A DNA stretch of 64,000 nucleotides, taken from assembly GCA_963666515.2 (NCBI GenBank), contig OY762897.2, positions 4,599,459 to 4,663,458 of the forward strand. Reading direction: 5' to 3'. This document shows, one piece after another, positions 47,915 to 61,553 of the stretch. The position numbers were made by a program, and so were the translations under genes. The notes under the pieces were generated by a model. That model saw only the letters and a list, made by a program, of their open reading frames with translations, was not told the origin of the DNA and searched no databases. This stretch comes from Candidatus Binatia bacterium (GTDB lineage Bacteria; Desulfobacterota; Binatia; UBA9968; JAJDTQ01). Position 1 is the stretch's first letter, and each line of letters begins with the position of its first letter.

Positions 47915-49501
47915 ATGAAACCAAAGGCGAATACCGATGGTCATGAGATACTGACCTTGGGGGAGGCTGCGGCACTCATTCGTGTCAGCGAGAAGACCCT
48001 CGGAGAGATGGCTCGGACGAGACGTGTGCCGTCTCAGAAGGTTGGACGCGAATGGCGTTTCGTGCGTGCCCGACTGGAAGATTGGTTGGCTGGCAATACT
48101 TCCGATGCGCCGACAACCGGAGTTTCCAACAGTTCCACAGACGGTGGCGGTTTTGTCTCGGAACCGGCTGCCGAGGCGGGCGTACAGTTTGATCTCCTTC
48201 CTTCATCGGGTTTTCGCGACACCGGATTCTCCGAAAATCACGGCCGAGCGCTCCATCGTTGGGTGCCGTGGATTGCCGGCTTTTCCGGGTCTTTTGTGGC
48301 CGGGGTGCTCGACGCCGTTCGCAATGGGAGGCGCAGGATGCGCGTGCTTGACCCATTTGCGGGAGTCGGTACGACGCTGATCGAAGCGCTAAAGCAAGGC
48401 GACGACGCCGTTGGTTATGAAATCAATCCGTATGCGGCACTGGCGTGCAAGGTGAAGGCCCAGGCTGCCGAGTACGACCTCTCCACTCTGGAGACGGTCA
48501 TAGCGCGGTTCGAGGAGTACGGCGATGATGAGTCCTGGCTGCACGAGAAACCAGCTACAGGACAACCAAAGGGTTTTCGCAGCCGAGTACCGTTCTTCAG
48601 CGAAGCTGTGGAACGCCAGACTTTGGCGTGTCTGGACTTCATTTCCAGGGAAACGACCGATTGGGTGAGGGACCTGCTGCGCGTGGCGTTCGGTTCCGTG
48701 ATGGTGAGCTTCTCCAACTACTCGTATGAACCCAGCCTCGGTACGCGGGCAGGCGCCGGAAAGTCCAACATCGACCACGCGGATGTCTTCGGCACGGTCC
48801 GGCGCAAGTTGCTGGAAATGTACCAGGATATCGCCGAGTTCCAGGGTTGGCTGGACAAGCACCGCGTCAGGCCGCAGGCAACGGTCCACCAGCGCTCCTA
48901 TCTGGAGCACGCGGCTCTGACCGAGGGACAAAGCATTGACGTGCTGGTTACGTCGCCCCCCTACCTCAACAACTACCACTACGTCAGGAACACGCGCCCG
49001 CACTTGTTCTGGCTGGGAATGGTGGAAGAATCCGGCGACCTCAAGACCATCGAGCATCAGAGTTTCGGCCAGTTCTGGCAAACCGTACGTTCGGGTCCCG
49101 AAATCGTCCTGAAACCGGTTCTGCCCGATCTGGCTGGGCAGCTTCAGCTCCTGAGGGCGCGCCATCCTGAGAAGGGGGCTTACGGAGGTCCGGGATGGGC
49201 CAATTACGCGGCAGCCTACTTCAACGATTGCCAGAGGTTCTGCGCGGTGACCCGCCCGCTCATGCGCCCGGGCGGCACCGTGGTCGTCGTGATCGGAAAC
49301 AACATCCTCCAGGGTATTGAGTTCCAGACCGACAGGCTGTTCGCGGAGATTGCGGAATTGGAAGGGTTCGAGGTCGTAGCCCTGCATGAAGTGCGCAAGA
49401 AACGCACGGGCAACAGTATCGTCAATTCATCGGTGCGGGTTGGTGAAGTGAAGCAGACCGTGCGACTGTACGAGACCGCCGTCGAACTCCGTGCTCCTTG
49501 A
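47915..49501 (+). CDS. Excisionase-like HTH fused to an alpha-class amino (probably m4C) DNA methyltransferase
   Basis: LTLGEAAALIRVSEKTL..VPSQKVGREWRF (HTH_17), HRW..AGFS, motif I VLDPFAGVGTT preceding catalytic TSPPY. Confidence 0.88.
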   Translation: MKPKANTDGHEILTLGEAAALIRVSEKTLGEMARTRRVPSQKVGREWRFVRARLEDWLAGNTSDAPTTGVSNSSTDGGGFVSEPAAEAGVQFDLLPSSGFRDTGFSENHGRALHRWVPWIAGFSGSFVAGVLDAVRNGRRRMRVLDPFAGVGTTLIEALKQGDDAVGYEINPYAALACKVKAQAAEYDLSTLETVIARFEEYGDDESWLHEKPATGQPKGFRSRVPFFSEAVERQTLACLDFISRETTDWVRDLLRVAFGSVMVSFSNYSYEPSLGTRAGAGKSNIDHADVFGTVRRKLLEMYQDIAEFQGWLDKHRVRPQATVHQRSYLEHAALTEGQSIDVLVTSPPYLNNYHYVRNTRPHLFWLGMVEESGDLKTIEHQSFGQFWQTVRSGPEIVLKPVLPDLAGQLQLLRARHPEKGAYGGPGWANYAAAYFNDCQRFCAVTRPLMRPGGTVVVVIGNNILQGIEFQTDRLFAEIAELEGFEVVALHEVRKKRTGNSIVNSSVRVGEVKQTVRLYETAVELRAP

Positions 49502-49502
49502 A

Positions 49503-50081
49503 TCAGTTCGCCGAAGGCAGCGACGCGATAATCTCGGCTTCCGTTTCCTCAGCGTTCAGCGCGTTGGCCCACGGCCGTCCGGGATGCACCACGTCCCAAC
49601 GAGGCCGGCGCATTGCGCGACGCCCTCGTCCCGGGTCGTGGTTGCCGAAACCATCGATCACCGTGTTCCATACTGGCTTGAAGTGGTTGATCAGGAATCG
49701 TTCCGCGAGCGTGATCCATACAGGTTCGACGACGAGGAAACGGCAGCGAAACTCGTCCATCCGCAAGTTCTCTGCCTGCTGGATGGATTTGGCATGCTCG
49801 CCAAGCCGTCGATACAGGGCGCTGTTCGCCTCCGGTACGTCGGTGGCGCTGCCTTTCCTGCTGCCCGACGGTACCGCTTTGCCCACATAGATCGGGGTCT
49901 TGAGTTCCTCCGACGCGAGGAATGCGTAGTATGGAAGCGGCCCGATATAGTACAGGGCATAGACCCCTGAGCCGGAGAACGGCTCTGGGGGCGGGAGTTC
50001 GGTGGCTGCTCTCTCCAGCAGAGCACGCACGACGCTTTGGGCCAGATTCTGGTAGTCCAGAGGGTTGTAAGGGACGGTCAT
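49503..50081 (-). CDS. Eco29kI/Cfr42I-family GIY-YIG restriction endonuclease
   Basis: GVYALYY, PIYVGKA, LYRRLGEH, E..LI..PVWN, GFGNHDPG, WDVVHPGR. Confidence 0.9.
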   Translation of the reverse strand: MTVPYNPLDYQNLAQSVVRALLERAATELPPPEPFSGSGVYALYYIGPLPYYAFLASEELKTPIYVGKAVPSGSRKGSATDVPEANSALYRRLGEHAKSIQQAENLRMDEFRCRFLVVEPVWITLAERFLINHFKPVWNTVIDGFGNHDPGRGRRAMRRPRWDVVHPGRPWANALNAEETEAEIIASLPSAN

Positions 50082-50104
50082 GTCTTGGGTTGTCTCGATC
50101 GAAC

Positions 50105-50524
50105 CTAATCCATTCGTCGCTCTCTGCGCCAGCGGGCGGATGGGGCGCGACGCGCCTGCAGGCGCTTCAACCGCACCGCGGGAAGCCGCTTCAGCCGCTG
50201 GTTCACGGGGTCGACCTCGACGCCCACGGATTCCAGGGCGGTTACGCCAAGCAAGGGTTCGGCGTCGGGGTCGCCGAAAATGAGGACGCCCGCGGTGAAT
50301 TCCCCCATGAACTCGATGTCGCCGGTGGTGACATCCATCTTGACTTCCCGGCCGTCGGTCGTTTCATACACGCGCTGCCCCTTGGGTGCGAGACCGATGG
50401 CCTCCAGGCCGGGTCGCGGCACCAGCGAGTCCGCCGCGCCGGTATCGACCAGGAACAGTCCGTCCCAACTCTTCGACGGTTCCGCGGGATTACGGATGGT
50501 GACGGTGACGTGGACGGCGCCCAT
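50105..50524 (-). CDS. Clan AA aspartic protease (AF_0612-like)
   Basis: FLVDTGA, EPLLGVTALE, VDPVNQRL. Confidence 0.85.
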   Translation of the reverse strand: MGAVHVTVTIRNPAEPSKSWDGLFLVDTGAADSLVPRPGLEAIGLAPKGQRVYETTDGREVKMDVTTGDIEFMGEFTAGVLIFGDPDAEPLLGVTALESVGVEVDPVNQRLKRLPAVRLKRLQARRAPSARWRRERRMD

Positions 50525-50659
50525 GGTTCGACTCCTTCGCTATTCCTTCAACGGTATCAAGTGGCCGCCGCATTGCAACACCCATCCCCAGAACGACAAC
50601 AGCTCCACGCTCGACGGCAAGTTGCAGCACACTCGCGTTCATTGTACTCGTGAAGGGCC

Positions 50660-51142
50660 ATGGAACCATCCGAGTTCAGCGTCCCCAGAGAGAAGCGGTA
50701 CTTCGAGGATTACCTGCCCGGCTCGGTGCACGAGTTCGGGCCGGTGAGCCTCGACGAGGACGAGATCATGGAGTTCGGCAGGCGTTTTGTGCCGCAGCCG
50801 TACCACGTCGATCGCGAGCTGGCGAAGAAGACCATTTACAAGGGGCTCATCGCCAGCGGCTGGCACACGGCCGCGGCCATGATGCGGGTCTACTCGGACA
50901 ATTACCTCTCCGCGGTGGCCAACCTCGGCTCGCCGGGGGTGGACGAGCTTCGCTGGAACAAGCCGGTGCGGCCGGGTGACTGCCTGACGGTGCGGGTGAC
51001 GGTGCTGGAGACGCGGCGGTCGAGTTCCAGGCCCGACCGGGGAATCGTCAACTCGTTTCTGGAGACCCTGAATCAGGACGGGGAGGTGGTCATGAGCATG
51101 AAGATGATCAACTTCATGACGGCCCGGCAGGCACCCGCATAG
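50660..51142 (+). CDS. MaoC family dehydratase
   Basis: YFEDY, PQPYHVD, GLIASGWHT, LRWNKPVRPGD. Confidence 0.9.
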   Translation: MEPSEFSVPREKRYFEDYLPGSVHEFGPVSLDEDEIMEFGRRFVPQPYHVDRELAKKTIYKGLIASGWHTAAAMMRVYSDNYLSAVANLGSPGVDELRWNKPVRPGDCLTVRVTVLETRRSSSRPDRGIVNSFLETLNQDGEVVMSMKMINFMTARQAPA

Positions 51143-51197
51143 CCGCCTCGGGCGAGCAACGCGCAACGGGCGACCGCGCGCGCGGAGCAAGGAAAGC

Positions 51198-52202
51198 GTG
51201 ATCTACGACATCGAAATCAATTCCGCGGCCCACTATCCGGCGGCGGACGTGGTGGGCTTGGTGGAGCGGGCCGAGCAGGCCGGGTTCGGGGCGTTCTGGA
51301 AGGGCGAGTCCAACAGCACCGACCCCATGGTGCTGATCTCGGCCGCGGCGAGCCGCACCAGCGCCATCAAGCTGGGGACGGCCATCTACCACATCTACGG
51401 GCGCAGCCCGGTGACGCTGGGGTTGCAGGCGGCGACGCTCCAGGACCTCTCGGGCGGACGCGTGCTGCTGGGCCTGGGCGTGGCCAACAAGGCCATCGCC
51501 GGGTGGCACGGCGGCGTCTTCGACCGCCCGTTGCGGCGCGCGCGCGAGTACATGGACATCGTGCGCAAGGTGGTGGCCGGAGAGCGCGTCGAGTACGAGG
51601 GCGAGATCTACGGCACCGGCAAGCGCTTCCAGCTATCGTGGAAGCCGCGGCATCCGCAGATGCCCATCTACCTGGCCGGCCTGGGGCCGCAGATGACGCG
51701 GCTCGCCGGCAGGATATCCGACGGGGTCTTCATCAACATGGCGACCCCTGAGAAGATACGCGAGATTGCCGACCGCACCCAGGCCGCGGCCACGGCCGCG
51801 GGACGGGGCCCGGTGGATGTCATCGGCAAGGTGCGCGTGTCCCTCAACCCGGACCGCGAGGTAGCGCGGTCCAAGCTGCGCCAGGCGCTGACCTTCTACA
51901 ACATCGCGGACCACTACAGCGACATGCTGCGCGAGCAGGGGTTCGTCGCCGAAGTGGACGCGGTTCAGGAGGCGTTCCGTAGCGGCGGCTTCAAGGCCGC
52001 CATGGGCGCCCTCACCGACGACTACATGGACCGGCTGCCGGTGATCCCGGCCACCTCGGTGGCGGAGATCAAGGACCGGCTGGCGCCGTACGTCGAGGCC
52101 GGGGTCACACGGATGGTGGTGCCCTACGTTCCGGTGAGCGAGCCCGCGGCCGGGGATGCCGAGCGCTTCATCACGGCTTGGGGGCGGGGGGCCGCCGGCT
52201 GA
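51198..52202 (+). CDS. LLM class (F420/flavin-dependent) oxidoreductase
   Basis: AEQAGF, TSAIKLGTAI, ATLQDLSGGRVLLGLG, IYLAGLGPQMTRLAGRISDG. Confidence 0.88.
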   Translation: MIYDIEINSAAHYPAADVVGLVERAEQAGFGAFWKGESNSTDPMVLISAAASRTSAIKLGTAIYHIYGRSPVTLGLQAATLQDLSGGRVLLGLGVANKAIAGWHGGVFDRPLRRAREYMDIVRKVVAGERVEYEGEIYGTGKRFQLSWKPRHPQMPIYLAGLGPQMTRLAGRISDGVFINMATPEKIREIADRTQAAATAAGRGPVDVIGKVRVSLNPDREVARSKLRQALTFYNIADHYSDMLREQGFVAEVDAVQEAFRSGGFKAAMGALTDDYMDRLPVIPATSVAEIKDRLAPYVEAGVTRMVVPYVPVSEPAAGDAERFITAWGRGAAG

Positions 52203-52257
52203 CCGCGGCAGGTCGATACGACCACGACAATACGAACACGGAAAGCGAGGACAACTC

Positions 52258-53271
52258 ATGTGTGATTTCGCAGCAGACGCCGAGGCCGCCGGCATCCTGG
52301 TAGGCCGCACCCTCACCGTGGAACGCGTCCGTCAGCTCAACGCCAAGGACTACTTCTACCAGATGCTCAAGGACAACCCCGAGATGCTCAAGATCTATCC
52401 GGGCATCGAGGACGAGTTGTTGGAGAACGCCATCGACTGCCACATCCACGCCTATCCCGATTTCGTCCACCGCTCCCAGGACATGATCGAGATCGCCATC
52501 GACGCGTCGAAGGCGGGCATGCGCGCGCTGGCCTTCAAGGACCACTGGAACGTCAGCGCCAACGCCTGCTACGTGGTGCAGCGCCACGTCGACCACCTCG
52601 TCGAGACGGGGGAGCTGGAGCACCGGGTGGAGGTCTACGGCGGCTGCGGCATGTGCTACGGCATGAACCCCGAGTACGTGCGGATAGCGCTCCAGTACCC
52701 CAACGCCAAGATGATCTGGTTCCCGACCTTCACCTCGTTCGGCTTCTGGCGCAGCGCGGGCCATCCGGAGAAGGGCGGCGTGCGGCTGGTGAGCGAGGAG
52801 GGCGAGGTGCTGCCGGAGGTGGTGGAGATCATGAAGATGGCGGTGGAGAACAAGGTAGGCATCGGCTTCGGCCACACCGACTTCGAGGAACTGCTGCCGC
52901 TGTGCAAGAAGGCCCGGGAACTGGGCGTGCGCGCCACCCTGGACCATCCGCTGCTGGAGCTCAACAAGCTGCTGCTGGACGAGATGAAGGAGCTGGCGGA
53001 CCTGGGCGTGTACGTGGGCACCTACTGCCAGCCCATGATACCGAGCCTGTACCAGCCGGTGGCCGACCCCATGGAGACGGTCAAGACCATCGCCGAGATC
53101 GGCCCGGAACGCTGCATCATCGGCAGCGACTTCGGCCAGGTGCTGCACCTCAACGCCGTCGACGGCATGCGCGTGTTCATCCGCGCGCTGCTGGGCTTCG
53201 GCATCACCAAGGAGCAGATATCCATCATGCTCAAGGACAACCCGGCCAGGCTCATGTGGCTGGACGACTGA
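52258..53271 (+). CDS. DUF6282 family metal-dependent TIM-barrel protein
   Basis: [36 protein letters not shown]. Confidence 0.75.
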   Translation: MCDFAADAEAAGILVGRTLTVERVRQLNAKDYFYQMLKDNPEMLKIYPGIEDELLENAIDCHIHAYPDFVHRSQDMIEIAIDASKAGMRALAFKDHWNVSANACYVVQRHVDHLVETGELEHRVEVYGGCGMCYGMNPEYVRIALQYPNAKMIWFPTFTSFGFWRSAGHPEKGGVRLVSEEGEVLPEVVEIMKMAVENKVGIGFGHTDFEELLPLCKKARELGVRATLDHPLLELNKLLLDEMKELADLGVYVGTYCQPMIPSLYQPVADPMETVKTIAEIGPERCIIGSDFGQVLHLNAVDGMRVFIRALLGFGITKEQISIMLKDNPARLMWLDD

Positions 53272-53294
53272 ATGCGAGAAGGAGCGGACAGGAA

Positions 53295-54968
53295 ATGGCT
53301 GAACCACTGAACCGACACAGCCGGACCATCACCCAGGGGCCGGACCGGGCGCCATCCCGGGCCATGTTCAAGGCGGTGGGGTTGACGGACGAGGACCTCG
53401 ACCGGCCGCTGGTGGGCATCGCCAACACCTGGATCGAGGTGATGCCGTGCAACTTCCACCTGCGCCGGCTCTCGGCCAAGGTGAAGGAGGGGGTGCGCGC
53501 CGCCGGCGGCACGCCCATCGAGTTCAACACCGTGGCGGTCTCCGACGGCATCTCCATGGGCACCGAGGGGATGAAGGCCTCGCTCGTCAGCCGCGAGGTC
53601 ATCGCCGACTCCATCGAGCTGGTGACCCGCGGCCACCTGTTCGACGCGGTGGTGGCGCTGTCGGGGTGCGACAAGACCATCCCGGGCACGGTCATGGCGC
53701 TGGCGCGGCTGGACCTGCCGTCGCTGATGCTCTACGGCGGCTCCATCATGCCGGGACGGTTCCAGGGGCGCGACGTGACCATCCAGGACGTGTTCGAGGG
53801 GGTGGGCGCCCACGCCGCCAAGAAGATGACCGACGCCGAGCTGCTGGACCTGGAGAGCAACGCCTGTCCGGGTCCGGGGGCGTGCGGCGGGCAGTTCACC
53901 GCCAACACCATGGCCACGGCCTTCGAGATCCTGGGGATCTCGCCCATCGGCAGCGCCAGCGTCCCGGCCATGGACGACAGCAAGGACGACGTCGCCTACC
54001 GCGCCGGCGAGATGGTCATGGAGCTGGTGCGCAAGAACCTGACCGCGCGGCGGGTGATCACCCGCGCGGCGCTGGAGAACGCGGTTGCCTCCATCGCGGC
54101 CACCGGCGGCTCCACCAACGGCGTGCTGCACCTGCTCGGGGTGGCGCGCGAGGCCGAGGTGGACCTGCGCATCGACGACTTCGACCGCATCAGTTCCAAC
54201 ACGCCGTTGATCGCGGACCTGAAGCCCGGCGGCCGGTTCGTGGCCAACGATCTCTACCGGGCCGGCGGCATTCCGCTGGTGGCGCGCCGTCTGCTGGACG
54301 CGGACAAGCTCAACGGCGACTGCCTGACCGTCACCGGGAAAACCCTGGGCGAAGAGGTCCGGGACGCGCAGGAGACGCCGGGCCAGGAGGTGGTGCGGCC
54401 CGTGTCGGAGCCGCTGAAGCCCACCGGCGGGCTCGTCATCCTCCGGGGCAACCTCGCGCCCGAGGGCTGCGTGGTCAAGGTGGCCGGCCACAAGCGCACG
54501 CGCCACAGCGGGCCGGCGCGGGTGTTCGACCGCGAGGAGGACTCCTTCAAGGCCGTGCAGAACGGCGAGATCAACGCCGGCGACGTGGTGGTGATCCGCT
54601 ACGAGGGTCCCATGGGCGGTCCGGGCATGCGCGAGATGCTAGGCGTCACCGCGGCCCTGGTGGGCGCCGGCCTCGGCGAGTCCGTGGCGCTCCTCACCGA
54701 CGGCCGTTTCTCCGGCGCCACCCACGGCCTCATGGCCGGCCACGTGGCCCCGGAGGCGGCACGGGGCGGCCCCATCGCCGCGGTGCGGGACGGCGACAGC
54801 ATCACCTTCGACGTCGACGCCCGGCGCCTGGACGTGGCGATCTCCGAGGAGGAGATGGACAAGCGCCTGCGCGAGTGGCAGGCGCCGGAGCCGCGCTACG
54901 CCAGCGGCGTCATGGCCAAGTACGCCCGGCTGGTGTCGTCGGCGTCGGAGGGCGCGGTGACTCGGTAA
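53295..54968 (+). CDS. ilvD: Dihydroxy-acid dehydratase
   Basis: [52 protein letters not shown]. Confidence 0.96.
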   Translation: MAEPLNRHSRTITQGPDRAPSRAMFKAVGLTDEDLDRPLVGIANTWIEVMPCNFHLRRLSAKVKEGVRAAGGTPIEFNTVAVSDGISMGTEGMKASLVSREVIADSIELVTRGHLFDAVVALSGCDKTIPGTVMALARLDLPSLMLYGGSIMPGRFQGRDVTIQDVFEGVGAHAAKKMTDAELLDLESNACPGPGACGGQFTANTMATAFEILGISPIGSASVPAMDDSKDDVAYRAGEMVMELVRKNLTARRVITRAALENAVASIAATGGSTNGVLHLLGVAREAEVDLRIDDFDRISSNTPLIADLKPGGRFVANDLYRAGGIPLVARRLLDADKLNGDCLTVTGKTLGEEVRDAQETPGQEVVRPVSEPLKPTGGLVILRGNLAPEGCVVKVAGHKRTRHSGPARVFDREEDSFKAVQNGEINAGDVVVIRYEGPMGGPGMREMLGVTAALVGAGLGESVALLTDGRFSGATHGLMAGHVAPEAARGGPIAAVRDGDSITFDVDARRLDVAISEEEMDKRLREWQAPEPRYASGVMAKYARLVSSASEGAVTR

Positions 54969-54986
54969 TTTGCAAGGAGGTGCACA

Positions 54987-55391
54987 ATGGCCAAGTTCAA
55001 CAAGATGTCCATGCCGGTGAAGGACGTGAAGGACAAGGAGTTCCTTTCGCGCAGGCTCAAGTGCGAGGGGGTCGGTTTCGGCATCGTCCGCATCAAGCCG
55101 GGCAAGGGTGCGGAGTACGTGCACCAGCACGAGGTGCAGGAAGAGGTGTTCATGACCCTCAAGGGCGACGGCACCATCATCCTGGACGGCCGCCGGATTC
55201 CCATGCCCGAGGGCACGGTCATCCGGGTGAGCCCGGAGGTCAACCGCGCCATCGGCAACGATTCGAAGCGGGACGTGGTGTTCCTGTGCATGGGCGCGGT
55301 CCCGCCGAAGAACTTCCCGCTGGGCGGCCGCACGCTGTTGGGCGACGGCATCCCGCACCGGGACAAGGTGCCGCGCTGGAAGAAGGCGTAG
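54987..55391 (+). CDS. Cupin domain protein
   Basis: HQHEVQEEVF...G..IRVSP...RAIGN. Confidence 0.85.
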   Translation: MAKFNKMSMPVKDVKDKEFLSRRLKCEGVGFGIVRIKPGKGAEYVHQHEVQEEVFMTLKGDGTIILDGRRIPMPEGTVIRVSPEVNRAIGNDSKRDVVFLCMGAVPPKNFPLGGRTLLGDGIPHRDKVPRWKKA

Positions 55392-55461
55392 AAGTGCGTT
55401 GAACCGCCGGCGCCGCCGTACTAACATGTGCCCTTGCGGTTGAGTATTCGGGAGACCCGTG

Positions 55462-55776
55462 ATGAGCAAGCGCGAGCACGACCTGGACCGCGACGTCGCC
55501 GTCCAGACCGAGAAGAAGCTCAAGCGGCCGTCGCTTTTCAAGGTGCTGCTGCACAACGACGACTACACCACCAAGGAATTCGTGGTGCAGATCCTGGAGT
55601 ACGTCTTCAACAAGGACAACACCGAGGCCGTGCAGATCATGCTGCACGTGCACCGGAACGGCATCGGCGTGGCCGGGGTCTATCCCTACGAGGTGGCGGA
55701 GACCAAGGTGAAGACCGTGGAGGGCCTGGCGCGGCAGTACGAGTATCCGCTCAAGTGCTCGATCGAAGAGGAATGA
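55462..55776 (+). CDS. clpS: ATP-dependent Clp protease adaptor ClpS
   Basis: VLLHNDDYTTKEFVV, IMLHVH, AETK, YPLKC. Confidence 0.96.
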   Translation: MSKREHDLDRDVAVQTEKKLKRPSLFKVLLHNDDYTTKEFVVQILEYVFNKDNTEAVQIMLHVHRNGIGVAGVYPYEVAETKVKTVEGLARQYEYPLKCSIEEE

Positions 55777-55794
55777 GCTTCGGAGAGGGATGAC

Positions 55795-58038
<2,244 letters not shown>

Positions 58039-58084
58039 TCCCACGGATCGCCGCGGTTTTCTCAAGGGGGCCGGCGTTGCAGCC

Positions 58085-59248
58085 ATGGCGGCGGCGGTCG
58101 GCGCGGCGATTCCCTTCCACCGGAACATGCCGGCCGGTTTCAGTCCGGAGGCTCTTGCCGCCGATCCGCCGGGAATCGAGGGCAAGGACGGTCTCATCGT
58201 CCTCGGCCGTCGGCCGCTGAACGCCGAAACGCCGGCTCATCTGCTTGATGACCCGGTCACGCCGACGGCCCGGCATTTCATCCGGAACAACGGCATCGCT
58301 CCCGAGGAGATGGACCCCGCCACTTGGCGTCTGCGGATAGACGGTCTCGTGCACCGGCCCATGACGCTGAGCATCGAGGACCTGAGGGAGCGTTTCGAGG
58401 TCGTGACGCGGCGGCTGACCATCGAATGCGGCGGCAATGGCCGGGCATTTTTCAGCCCGCGGGTGGGCGGCAACCAGTGGACGCTGGGCGCGGTGGCCTG
58501 TTCGCAGTGGACGGGTGTCCGTCTCGCCGACGTTCTGAAAGCTGCCGGCGTCAAGGAGAACGTCGTCTACACGGCTCATGTCGGCGCCGATACACATGTG
58601 TCCGGCGAAAAGGGGAAGCTGCCGCTTTCCCGCGGGGTGCCTATCGAGAAGGCGATGGACCCCGGCAACCTCATCGCCTTCGGCATGAACGGCGGGCCGC
58701 TACATCCCATGAACGGCGCGCCGCTGCGGCTGGTGGTCCCCGGCTGGTCGGGCTCCTGCTCCCAGAAGTGGCTTACTCGGATCTGGCTGCGCGACATGGT
58801 GCATGACGGGGCAAAGATGACCGGCGGCGCCTACCGCGTCCCGGAATACCCCATCGAGCCCGGCGAGAAGGTGCCGGACAGCTCGATGGCCATCATCGGT
58901 TCCATGCCGGTGAAATCCCTGATCACGACTCCGAGGACCGGGCTTTCCGTCACAGGCCGGGACCTGGCGGTGGCGGGGCACGCGTGGGCCGGTGACAATG
59001 AGGTTGCGCGGGTCGACGTTTCCATCGACTTCGGGGCTTCCTGGCAGAAGGCCGCGCTCGCGCGTCCGGCCAACCGCCATGCGTGGCGGCGGTGGTGGGC
59101 GATGCTGGAGTTTCCTCGAAAGGGCTACTACGAGGTCTGGGCTCGAGCGACCGACGACACCGGGACCAGCCAGCCCTTCGCCATCGCGTGGAATCCCAAG
59201 GGCTACCTCAACAACTCGATGCATAGGGTCTCGGTCCGCGTAAGGTGA
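58085..59248 (+). CDS. Sulfite oxidase family molybdoenzyme (SorA/SoxC-like); start uncertain
   Basis: NAETP, HFIRNN, ECGGNGR, NGAPLRLVVPGW, KWL, ARATD, WNPKGYLNN. Confidence 0.88.
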   Translation: MAAAVGAAIPFHRNMPAGFSPEALAADPPGIEGKDGLIVLGRRPLNAETPAHLLDDPVTPTARHFIRNNGIAPEEMDPATWRLRIDGLVHRPMTLSIEDLRERFEVVTRRLTIECGGNGRAFFSPRVGGNQWTLGAVACSQWTGVRLADVLKAAGVKENVVYTAHVGADTHVSGEKGKLPLSRGVPIEKAMDPGNLIAFGMNGGPLHPMNGAPLRLVVPGWSGSCSQKWLTRIWLRDMVHDGAKMTGGAYRVPEYPIEPGEKVPDSSMAIIGSMPVKSLITTPRTGLSVTGRDLAVAGHAWAGDNEVARVDVSIDFGASWQKAALARPANRHAWRRWWAMLEFPRKGYYEVWARATDDTGTSQPFAIAWNPKGYLNNSMHRVSVRVR

Positions 59249-59374
59249 TGGCCGCGATGAAATAATCTCCGCTGCCGAGGCACCACGCGGACTTGCTCGT
59301 CCCCTTTTCGATGGCCCCCCAAGCAGACACTCCTGCCGGGCCTGGGTTTCCAGGCGCCACGGACAGGCTATTTG

Positions 59375-61537
59375 TCATCGCTCCGGCAAGATAACCTGTA
59401 AACGGTTCCAGTGTGGGTCGTTGGGTGTGATTCTCCATAGCCGGCGAGTCTTCAGCCAGTTCTGGAAGGCCTGAATACCGACCAAGTCCGCCACGATTTT
59501 CTTGCGGCACTGGTCGGGAAGGTCACGTTGGTAGGGGCCCACCGCAAGCATTGGTTCGAGGTCCGCGAATACTTGGTCCACCGTACCGCACAACACGTCC
59601 TCCTGCACAATAAGTTCGTCCAGCGCACTCCTTGTCGGGGTTCCCTTGACAGCAAGCCCTCCCAGGGCGCTGACCGGGCGCAAACTCGGCAGGATGCGAC
59701 ATAGCAAGGTTTGGTATGCGCTTCCGCCGAAATGAAGCCATATCGGCCCATCGGGGGAATCGAAAAAGGGTGCGTCGAGTTCTCCTAAACCCAAGCCGCA
59801 TCGCACATGTCCGGCGTACTCGAGGCTGGTCGGGGCACTTCTGCTCGCATACTCAAAGCCTTCCCTAACGGGGCCAGCGTCCTTGGCTTTCAACAAGAAC
59901 TCTCCATCAACGTATGAGACATCCCAGCGTTGTCCACCGAGCGCGATATCCTTGGTCATGTCGGGCTGTCCGCCAACACGAGCGATGACCTCGCCCGTGC
60001 CGGCATCGACCACCGGTACGCCTCCAGATGTTCTTAGATTGGCGTGCATACCGTGGCCGCCTTGATCGAAGGCATCGGCCCAGGATTCTCCAAGGATGAA
60101 TCTTCCCTGATTCTCGACCAGATTTTCGACTTCAAGAAGATGATCAAGGACGACGTTGGCCGTTTCTCCTGGCCAAACGTCTTTGGCCAAGGCGAGCAGA
60201 TCTGAACGTCTGCGTCCGCGCGGCCGCCCTTGTGCCACGAAGCTGGCTGTTTGCTGCACGAATACCGACCACCTGTGAGCGTATCCCTCTGATTCAAAGG
60301 CACCGTCTCGTGCGGCCAGCAACATGCTTGCTAACGCAGCTTGCTCAATCCCAGTCCGAGGAAGGCCCAGCACTCTCGTCCGACCGATTCTGCGTCCCGC
60401 GCGCCCAATTCGCTGCAATAGCGAGCGTGTACCGGGCGGGGCACCGACAAGGGCGACCAAATCTACATCACCGATGTCAACACCGACTTCCAGGGTGGTT
60501 GTTGCGACCAGCACGGCATCGGGTATCGAAGCAAAAATCCTTTAGGCTTCTTCCCGGCGCTCCCGGGCCAAACTACCGTGGTGGGCCAGCACCTTGAGAT
60601 TTCGCCGACGTGGCAAAGCGTGGGCAAGATGACCGGACAGCATATCGCACAGCTTGCGAGTCGGCACGAATATAAGCGCCTTTCGCATCGAGACACTGCC
60701 ACTCCCCGACAAAGCTTGCCATATCCGACGTTCCGCTCGGTTGTGAAAGCCCGCAGTGGGGGCGAGCTCCAGTCTCTCGCGTAGACTGGTCACGCGGAGA
60801 GACGGCGCAAGTGGGAACCAGACGGGATTGTCTGATGTCCCGAATACGTCGATTTCTCTTGTCCCCGCAACTCTCACCACCAACGCTCGTGGTCCGAGCA
60901 AGCGACGTGCAAGGTCATCCGGGGCGCCTACGGTGGCGCTGCCCGCGCATGCCTGGATCGAGCCTTTCTGTGATGTTGCATCTAGCTGACGCAGACGTCG
61001 AAGACGACCGAGCAACCAACACAGTTGGTCGCCACGAACGGTACTGTCGAACAGGTGTGCTTCGTCAATGAACACTGCCGAGACCCCGGCAAGCAGGTGG
61101 TCCGTCACCTTGCCGGCCTTCTGCTGCGCGTCACGTACGAGCATGGAATCAAAGGACTCCGGCGTAGTGATCAGCACGAAGGGTGCTTTGTCCTTGTCCC
61201 TGTGGTCGCTGGTCTGGCGTCCGAGAGTCAAACCCAGTCTCGTTAGCGGGGCTTCAAGCCTAGCCGCCAAATCGTTGACGAGAGCGCGAGTCGGGGCGAT
61301 CAGGAGTATGCGAACACGAGGAGGCCCTCCGGCACTCGTGTCCATGACCCTTGCGACAAGTGGCGCGATAATGGCTTCTGTCTTGCCGGACGCGGTGGCA
61401 GATGCCACCAAGATGTTCTCGCCCGAGAGGATTGAGGGTATCGCACGACGCTGAACCTCGCGTAGGGTCCGAAATCCTCCAAAGAACGCCCTGCCGACCG
61501 TACCCAGAGTCTTGACGATGTCTCCATCGGCCGTCAT
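59375..61537 (-). pseudogene. Lhr-like DEAD/DEAH helicase (BrxHI/SngC-like), interrupted by an in-frame TAA
   Basis: ATASGKTEA, TTPES, DEAH, HHGSL; EEA*RIF at 60542-60544; continues in frame with ATTTLEVGVDIGD, QRIGRAGRR. Confidence 0.85.
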
Positions 61538-61553
61538 TTTGACATATCCGTCG

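Noticed and set aside
50105-50524. Aspartic protease as part of the R-M system or a retroelement
   Set aside because: This family commonly occurs as a stand-alone gene; no RT or gag here and no evidence of linkage beyond adjacency.
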